IMG/VR virus record: IMGVR_UViG_2537562057_000004
Origin: a virus
Direction: 5' to 3' (one strand)
Length of the DNA stretch: 64,000 nt
The position numbers were made by a program, and so were the translations under genes. Positions 63,224 to 64,000 of the stretch are shown one piece after another. The notes under the pieces are model-generated. The model worked only from the letters and a program-made list of their open reading frames with translations. It was not told the DNA's origin and ran no database searches. Position 1 is the first letter of the stretch, and every line of letters begins with the position of its first letter.

Positions 63224-63264
63224 AGGGTATTGCTTTTGTATATATGTAAGCGTGAATGGTTCCA
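63224..63264 (-). promoter_or_regulatory. Putative late promoter
   Basis: TGGAAC-N29-TACCCT with ACCCTTAATA/TATTAAGGGT hairpin. Confidence 0.55.
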
Positions 63265-63267
63265 TAT

Positions 63268-63296
63268 TTGAAAATAAGAAATGCATGGATTATTAT
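63268..63296 (+). promoter_or_regulatory. Sigma70 promoter for small RNA
   Basis: TTGAAA-17bp-TATTAT. Confidence 0.7.
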
Positions 63297-63302
63297 ATAT
63301 AC

Positions 63303-63395
63303 AAAGCCCGCTCCACTTATGACACGAGAACGTATAGGGTCATAAGTGTAGGTTAGAAGATGTCGCAACCCATCTCTAACTACCGGGCTTTTTTT
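63303..63395 (+). ncRNA. Putative structured small RNA (three-way junction) convergent to PBECR nuclease gene
   Basis: Stems AAAGCCCG/CGGGCTTT, CACTTATGAC/GTCATAAGTG, GTTAGAAGATG/CATCTCTAAC; ends in U7. Confidence 0.65.
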
Positions 63396-63999
63396 AATGC
63401 ACTTCAAAAGCTGTAAGCAGCCATGCATTACTACCTTCTCGCTTAATCAATGACGCTTCATGCGAATTAAATACAATATTTATTCTTGTAGATAATCCAC
63501 GTTCTGTACGCCGTTGTGTACTACCTTGAGCGATTGTTTGCACAATAGTATCCACAAGCATATGCACAACTTCATCATATGTCATGCCATCACTTTCCAT
63601 ACGGCGCTTGATAATATGCTTAATACCCTGTTTATCACTGCCATACTCAAAATCCACCCAGCCTAAATCATTACGATACATAGCTCTATGCACTGTGGTT
63701 TTTTCCATAATGGCTTTGTTCATTGCAGCTTTACCACGTGTGATATTTGCTGTAACTGATTTGATTGGACTCGCACTATCAAATTCAGGCTTTCCCAGTT
63801 CGGATTGACCAGCCTCCGAACTTATACCAAGTTGTTGCTTAGCATGTTCAATTTGTTCTTTCAGCTGGTCACGGTGAGCTATTTGCTTAGCTAAATCCTC
63901 ATCAAGCTTTTGCTCTTGTTCTTCGACTTCTTTAATTTTCTGATCTACAGAAGTACGGCGCGGCGGTAAGCTAACTTTTTCACGCTTATTTTGTTCTTG
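63394..63999 (-). CDS. Hdf-like coiled-coil head protein fused to PBECR (barnase/EndoU/colicin/RelE-like) nuclease domain; 5' end outside window
   Basis: Frame open to window end: ..KVSLPPRRTS..KPEFDSAS..AMYRNDLGWVDFEYG..GIKHIIKRR..WLLTAFE. Confidence 0.65.
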   Translation of the reverse strand, partial: QEQNKREKVSLPPRRTSVDQKIKEVEEQEQKLDEDLAKQIAHRDQLKEQIEHAKQQLGISSEAGQSELGKPEFDSASPIKSVTANITRGKAAMNKAIMEKTTVHRAMYRNDLGWVDFEYGSDKQGIKHIIKRRMESDGMTYDEVVHMLVDTIVQTIAQGSTQRRTERGLSTRINIVFNSHEASLIKREGSNAWLLTAFEVH

Positions 64000-64000
64000 G

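Larger units (their letters stand above)
9496..64000. mobile_element. P1-like temperate prophage (partial, continues beyond window)
   Basis: att site plus contiguous portal, capsid, protease, terminase, sheath, tube, baseplate, lysis and Dar-like genes. Confidence 0.88.

Noticed and set aside
63195..63428. N-terminal extension of the 196-aa ORF
   Set aside because: Crosses the sRNA, promoters and another gene; real start is likely 63194
1..64000. CRISPR array, DGR, or invertible fibre cassette (cin/cix)
   Set aside because: No repeat-spacer periodicity, reverse transcriptase or invertase seen in this window

Overview
AT-rich window, most likely Acinetobacter (IS ends, tmRNA 3' end and an UmuDAb-type SOS box support this; inferred). 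Bases 1-9384 are a defence island: type I R-M hsdM-S-R followed by type IV mcrB-mcrC. A displaced tmRNA 3' fragment with terminator and arm-like repeats (9432-9566) marks an attachment site. Everything to its right is a large P1-like (myovirus-type) prophage that runs off the window. Its edge cargo is a CoiA-like nuclease, a frameshifted SRAP, umuDC, an IS5 remnant and an intact IS3. Then come a lysis cassette, a Dar-like virion-cargo cluster (DarA-like, DdrB/iPPase-like, helicase-methylase), portal, a giant spike-fibre gene broken by a 1-bp frameshift, tube, a RelE/Phd TA pair, an antirepressor, a split sheath, capsid, a terminase with a mini-intein, prohead protease, a Tad1-like sponge, baseplate genes and an Hdf-like/PBECR nuclease fusion. 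The most notable unannotated signals are: (1) a promoter-driven ~93-nt three-way-junction RNA convergent on the PBECR nuclease; (2) an overprinted +1-frame gene inside the helicase-methylase linker; (3) a 14-copy TGGAAC-N29-(-10) late promoter motif with RBS-occluding hairpins; (4) a recurrent F/Y-D-S motif in head proteins. All family assignments are from motif recognition by eye; no searches were run.
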